A stretch of 64,000 nucleotides of DNA from Fimbriosthenelais zetlandica (Eukaryota), in contig CDRPQX010000016.1 of assembly GCA_977030845.1 (NCBI GenBank), positions 248,001-312,000 of the forward strand. Reading direction: 5' to 3'. The position numbers were made by a program, and so were the translations under genes. This document shows positions 58,771 to 64,000 of the stretch, piece by piece. Position 1 is the first letter of the stretch. Each line of letters starts with the position of its first letter. The notes beneath the pieces are model-generated. The model saw only the letters and a program-made list of their open reading frames with translations, ran no database searches and was not told where the DNA came from.

Positions 58771-59820
58771 TAATCTGGATGAGTACATACCGAATCCGCA
58801 ATAGCCCAGCGCCAATAACGCCATAGACATAGAGAGAGCTGGCGATCCACTACCTCTCTCTACAGTTGTCTACGACTTAGTGACGAGAAAGGCGGCAAAA
58901 TGTGAAATCCTTGGTCTATAGTGTATAGCAACCATAGCGTACGTGGCAACGAGAGCTCTCCACCAATCAGATGGCGAAAATCGCCCCTGCCCCGATGTGG
59001 AGGTGTGTGCATGCTGGCAGCGGAGGGTCGGGAGAGTGCACCCCTCTACATGGTGGGGTGTGTGTATGGGGGGGGGGGGGGGGGGGGGTCAGGGGGTAAG
59101 GATGTAGGGGAGAGGGAGGGAGGGAGGGAGACCACCCCCCACCACACAGTGCCTCTGAAACTTTTGTTTTGGTCCACCCTTCGCCATTTTGTCGACTTTT
59201 TCTCTCTCCACAGTAGGAGAGCTCCATGTCTCTGCACCGACGCCACGGCGGTGTTTCTCAAAACCATTTTTTCCCCCAATCTTTATTTAAGCTATTTAAA
59301 TCTTTATAATTATAATTTTGGTCTTTCATATGGGAAATAAAATTAGAATCCGTTACTTTTTATTAAATAATAAGGTATATTGCATATAATTTTGGACGTT
59401 TTTCCAAGATGCAAGATGTAGGTCAATGCGAACAACTATTGGGAGCAACAGTCCACTTACCAGGAGACCCCCTCCCCCCCCCCCCCCCCCCACCCCCTGT
59501 TGGTCAGTGCGTGGATAATGACCAGAAACATCAGTACTTATGAACTGAAACGGACCTGACGCGATCTGTATTTTGATCATTTTTGTGGAACTCTTCAGCG
59601 CTCTGAGTGAGAAGGCGTGAAAAGATCAATAATCTCAAACCAAAACACGCGCGTCTCTTACAGCTTCCAGAGGCTTAATACAGTAAACAATGACCAGAAT
59701 TAGAACTACATATAATAAACACATTATTAAATCACTCTAATTGACTGAATTCACGGGTATTTAGTTAGTTTTGAGTGGGTTTGAGGTTACGTTGTTGGGT
59801 GGCAACGTGAAAGCATCAAG

Positions 59821-62627
59821 ATGGCGGCTCGTGGAGCGCGAGGCGGGCAAACCGCCGCGAAATCAGGCCGAAACTCAGCTCAATCTGTCCCTGTCTCAGC
59901 TAGATCTGACCGGAAAAGTGGCAGATTCAGAAACAAGAAATCTAAGGTACTTAAAGTCGTTGATTGGACAGAGATTAAACAGAATGTCGCGGTTCTCTGG
60001 CATCGTTTATGCCCGGAGGTGGAGGAGGCGAAGGGACCGAATCAAAACATTGGGAGGGGGCGGGGCCCTCCCATCCCATCAAGGATGGTAGACGTCTACT
60101 ATCCTTGATCCCACGTCCATAAAATGATGCTTATTCATAATATATTGCGTAGAATAATGTAAAAAGAAATCTAGGAATTTTTTAGTTAACAAATGTGATG
60201 CTTTTATGGAAAATTCTTTAAAATAATTCGTGAAATCAAATTAATTTATGCAGCAGGAAGGAGTGAGTGAAGGGGACGATTCAGACTACGCTCACAGTCT
60301 CCCGGTCTGTTTAATTCCTATTTCAGATCATTTCACCCTATTGTCACTAAGCTGCATGCATGGGTACAGGCCTAGGAAACCTCTAATCTACCGGGGTATC
60401 TTCACTTTCTAGCATGACTCACAAAACCGACATTTTCTTGCTTTGGAGTTGCCACAATCTATACTCTGATAATAACTTACTTTATCATATGTTTTCTTTT
60501 TTTGGCTTAAGGAATGCTTTATAAGCTTTCGAATCTTAAGCTTTCTTGAGCTATTTCCCTGGCATGTCATGTCTGGATTCTGATTAGAATATTTGGTATC
60601 AGATCAGACATATGACAGTCCTCCTTTAAACACATCTTTGCATGTAAATTTGGTCAGGTTTTATTTCATTATCAATACAATTATAATGGTACAAAGGGAC
60701 ATCAACTAAATGTTAGATTATTACAAGTTAATTTAATATCATTATAGAATATTCGTGGGAGAAATCAATACTATAGGAGCTGTATGTGTGAGTGGACGTG
60801 TATATTGATCACTTTACGTTTGCTCTGCCGCGTGTGTGTTTGTGTGTGTATCATGTAGGCATGTCATTAGTCATTACATGTTGGTCATTAAATGTTTATC
60901 GGTACATGTTTGTGATTATTTATGCTATTTTTTCTGCTGGTTTTCAGGATGAGAACCGGGAATGTCTGGCGTGGAAGGTTCTGTCCGCGGATCAGGTGAA
61001 GGAATTCACGGAGCTGGAGACGGTGGAGGAGGTGCAGGGGTACGTATAATGATCAATGATACAAATAGTAGAAGATTTCATCTAGAGAAGGAGTTTACTT
61101 CTCAATACAGGTCAAACTTTAACTTTAACCCACATTTTCTCCTCATTCCGCAGTAAAATGATGAGCATGATGAGTCTAGAGGATCACCTGACAGACCTGA
61201 AGTCAGCCACACTGTTAGACTACTACACCAGCGCCATCTGGTGGGGCCGTGAACAGTCATACACACACGAGCAACAGTCAGCACTGTTCACAGTCATACA
61301 CACACTACTAGACAATATTAAAGGTGAGATATACAAGTCATATACACACGAGCAACAGTCAGCACTGTTCACAGTCATACACACACTACTAGACAATATT
61401 AAAGGTGAGGTATACCAGTCATACACACACGAGCAACAGTCAGCACTGTTCACAGTCATACACACACTACTAGACAATATTAAAGGTGAGGTACACTGTT
61501 AAGTCAATGAATAACATGTGAATGAAGTGATCATTTACTAAGTGTACAGTACCTCATTGCCGCCTGTTTTAATGTAGATTGTTTCTGGCTGTCTGTACAG
61601 TACCTCATTGCCGCCTGTTTTAATGTAGATTGTTTCTGGCTGTCTGTACAGTACCTCATTGCCGCCTGTTTTAATGTGTAATGTTTCTGCCTGTAGAGAA
61701 GCATGCTGGTATCGTGGAGAACCTGAAGGAGTTTAAGAAGATGTTGGCGGGAGTCGGGGTGGACGCGGCTGAGATATCAGGAGGTCTCGAGTGTTTTGAC
61801 ATCCACCAGGCCCGGGACGTGTTTGATTACGTCCACAACAGTTTATTCCAGCATTACCGGCTGTTTGAGTTCCTGTTTACACGCACACAGGCGGAGGAGA
61901 TCATAGGAACAGATGTAAGTCTATTACTTCATCTTCTATCTCCCTCCTTGCCTTGGCCAGCTCCCTCCTTGCCTTGGCCAGCGCCCTCCTTGCCTTGGCC
62001 AGCTCCCTCCTCCCCTTGGCCAGCTCCCTCCTTCCCTTGGCCAGCGCCCTCCTTCCCTCATCCCTCTCCTTCCCTCATCCCTCTCCTTCCCTCATTGACT
62101 TTGACTGTTACATGTTGTAGTTGGAGGTAGAGACGGCACCGGAAGCTAACATCCCGTGGCCGCCGCCACTAGAGGAGGGTGTGGGTGAGGGGGTGTATAC
62201 TGACCACATCGCCACACCACCCCCCACACCCCCACCACAGGTACGTCATAAAGTATGGACATCTTTACACATTACAAGTACTGATTGCTGTCTTATATAA
62301 TATATAATATTAACCACTGACTGTATGTTATATCATATATAATATTAACCACTGACTGTTTGTTATCAGGAGTTGACAGCTGGTGGTGACGGCGAGGTGA
62401 CAGTGACAGCGGGGGAGGAAGTGACAGATGGAGCTACAGGCCTGGAACCGGAACAGGAAGCGGAACTGATGGCCAAACTGTCATCAGACGAGATTAAAAC
62501 CATCATCAGCTCCGTGTTTAATGAGATGTTAGGCGGACTGGAGACGGACATCGCCGACAAACTGAGAGAGAAAGAGAACAATATCATCACCAAGATTAAT
62601 AAAATACACAAAGTGGCCGAGAAATGA
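59821..62627 (+). CDS. CABCOCO1: Ciliary-associated calcium-binding coiled-coil protein 1 (C10orf107, CLAMP family), about 327 aa, 6 exons
   Basis: Exons 59821-59946, 60948-61039, 61154-61323, 61697-61914, 62121-62240, 62370-62627 join in frame (984 nt); motifs TDLKSATLLDYYTSAIWW, FDIHQARDVFDYVHNSLFQHYRLFEFLF, PWPPPLEEG and a C-terminal coiled coil. Confidence 0.85.
61257..61500 (+). repeat. 81-bp in-frame tandem triplication of the CABCOCO1 exon 3 end plus donor
   Basis: AATATTAAAG|gtgag at 61324, 61405 and 61486; the ORF reads through all three copies without a stop. Confidence 0.9.
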
Positions 62628-64000
62628 AGAGAGATTATAGTCAGAGACTGAGAGAGAAATAGAAGATGAGAGAGGGAGGAGACTATAAACACTGTGATCT
62701 GTATAAAGTATAAACCGTATTCTGTATATTATAATAAACTGTTACTTACTTCATCATGTTAGTATCTGCTCCTGTCTTCTCTACTTTATCTAACATAGAC
62801 TCAGCGATAACCAAGTTTTCATTAATAAATCCATGTATTTCACAGTAATAATTACATACAAGCACCAGTTTGGACCTCAGAATGAAAGACAGTAGAAATG
62901 TGAACTCTTTAACAAGTAGAACAACTTGAGATTAAGTTAACACCTTATCCTTACCGCGTTACACAATGAAACATTGTATAATTACATTAATATAGAACAT
63001 GATAACATGATAACATGATATAATAAGATGATATGTCTAACATAATAACGCCACTAGTACAATAATAATGTTAGTAATCAACTATCAGTACACGGGAACT
63101 CACGGTCGTACGGTTAATACTCCGTATTAAATGTCTGGGTGTAGGATATGATGGGGGGGTGGGGGGGGGGGGGGGGATAAGGGGGGTATGGACCCTGAGA
63201 TTCAGACAAGAAAAAGAAAGACGATGCAAATAAAATAGCATCAAGTGTCCAACTGTTTTTGGCAGTAAATAGAATCAATATAAACTTTAAGATGGAATCT
63301 GAGAGTATTAAAGGGGCACTAGCTTAATGAACGCTTAATCAGAGAGTTAACATGAGAGGGCAAGCCGGTATATAACAACATAGCCGGTATATATCAATAT
63401 ATAAATACATTATAACTCTATAGAACCGTTAGCCACTGTCACCAAAAATCAGTTTTACATTTTACCCATTTTTATCTTTACAAAGATCTAGTTTTGTAAG
63501 AAAAGGTCCAATAGGACCTGCTTTATGTGTTACTTGTAACATTACTTCATTTCTTATTTAATAAAGTTAATAAATTCACAATGTAGGATTAATTTTTGGT
63601 GATAGTTTAGCGTGATAATCTTAACGTGCATGTAGATTAAATAGAGTAAAGATGAGTATGGTCGCTAGCCGCGTATAGCCGAGATAATGAGACATTAAAT
63701 CATGTCGTACAAATAAAACAAACTTAATATGAGCATATATAAATATATATGAGCATTTCTCGTCTTGCCAGTTTATGATGCGCTTCTTTAAAGCTCTGTG
63801 ATTGGCTGGTTACTATGACGTCATCAAGTCGTCACGTGGTCTCATCATGTGTACATTCCAAGCTGCATGAACTGAAATCAGGAGAGAACGAGAGATTTAA
63901 AAACTGAAATAAATAATCAATTAATTGACATTGACGTAACATAGATGTACAGACGAGTAATAATAAGATGTAAAGACGAGTAATAATAAGATGTAAAGAC

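Overview
Animal (invertebrate) genomic DNA, probably lophotrochozoan (an inference from gene content, U12 introns and TTAGGG-type motifs). It is intron-rich and unusually dense in minisatellites; there are no prokaryotic features, RNA genes or CRISPR arrays. I built seven gene models by hand from GT-AG/U12 splice sites and reading-frame continuity: NDUFS5 (+, 344-813); a classical calpain with CysPc, C2-like and penta-EF-hand domains and an intact C/H/N triad (+, 6224-14823, 19 exons); a protease-less penta-EF-hand (PEF-only) calpain paralogue just downstream (+, 16714-18582); two intronless rhodopsin-class GPCRs (+, 19600-20820 and 21719-23128); a full-length 31-exon ABCC1/MRP1-like transporter (-, 24227-48833); and CABCOCO1 (+, 59821-62627). 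Main leads: (1) the PEF-only gene beside the calpain, a candidate invertebrate small subunit or alternative C-terminal cassette; (2) about 25 splice junctions are themselves tandemly amplified, giving up to 50 identical decoy donors, and in one case an in-frame array; (3) homologous U12 introns in both calpain-family genes; (4) a candidate 15-nt microexon; (5) a gene-conversion tract and loss of the canonical disulfide in the GPCR pair; (6) an ABCC C-terminal tail ending in an acidic dileucine motif. All gene names come from motif recognition; no database searches were run.
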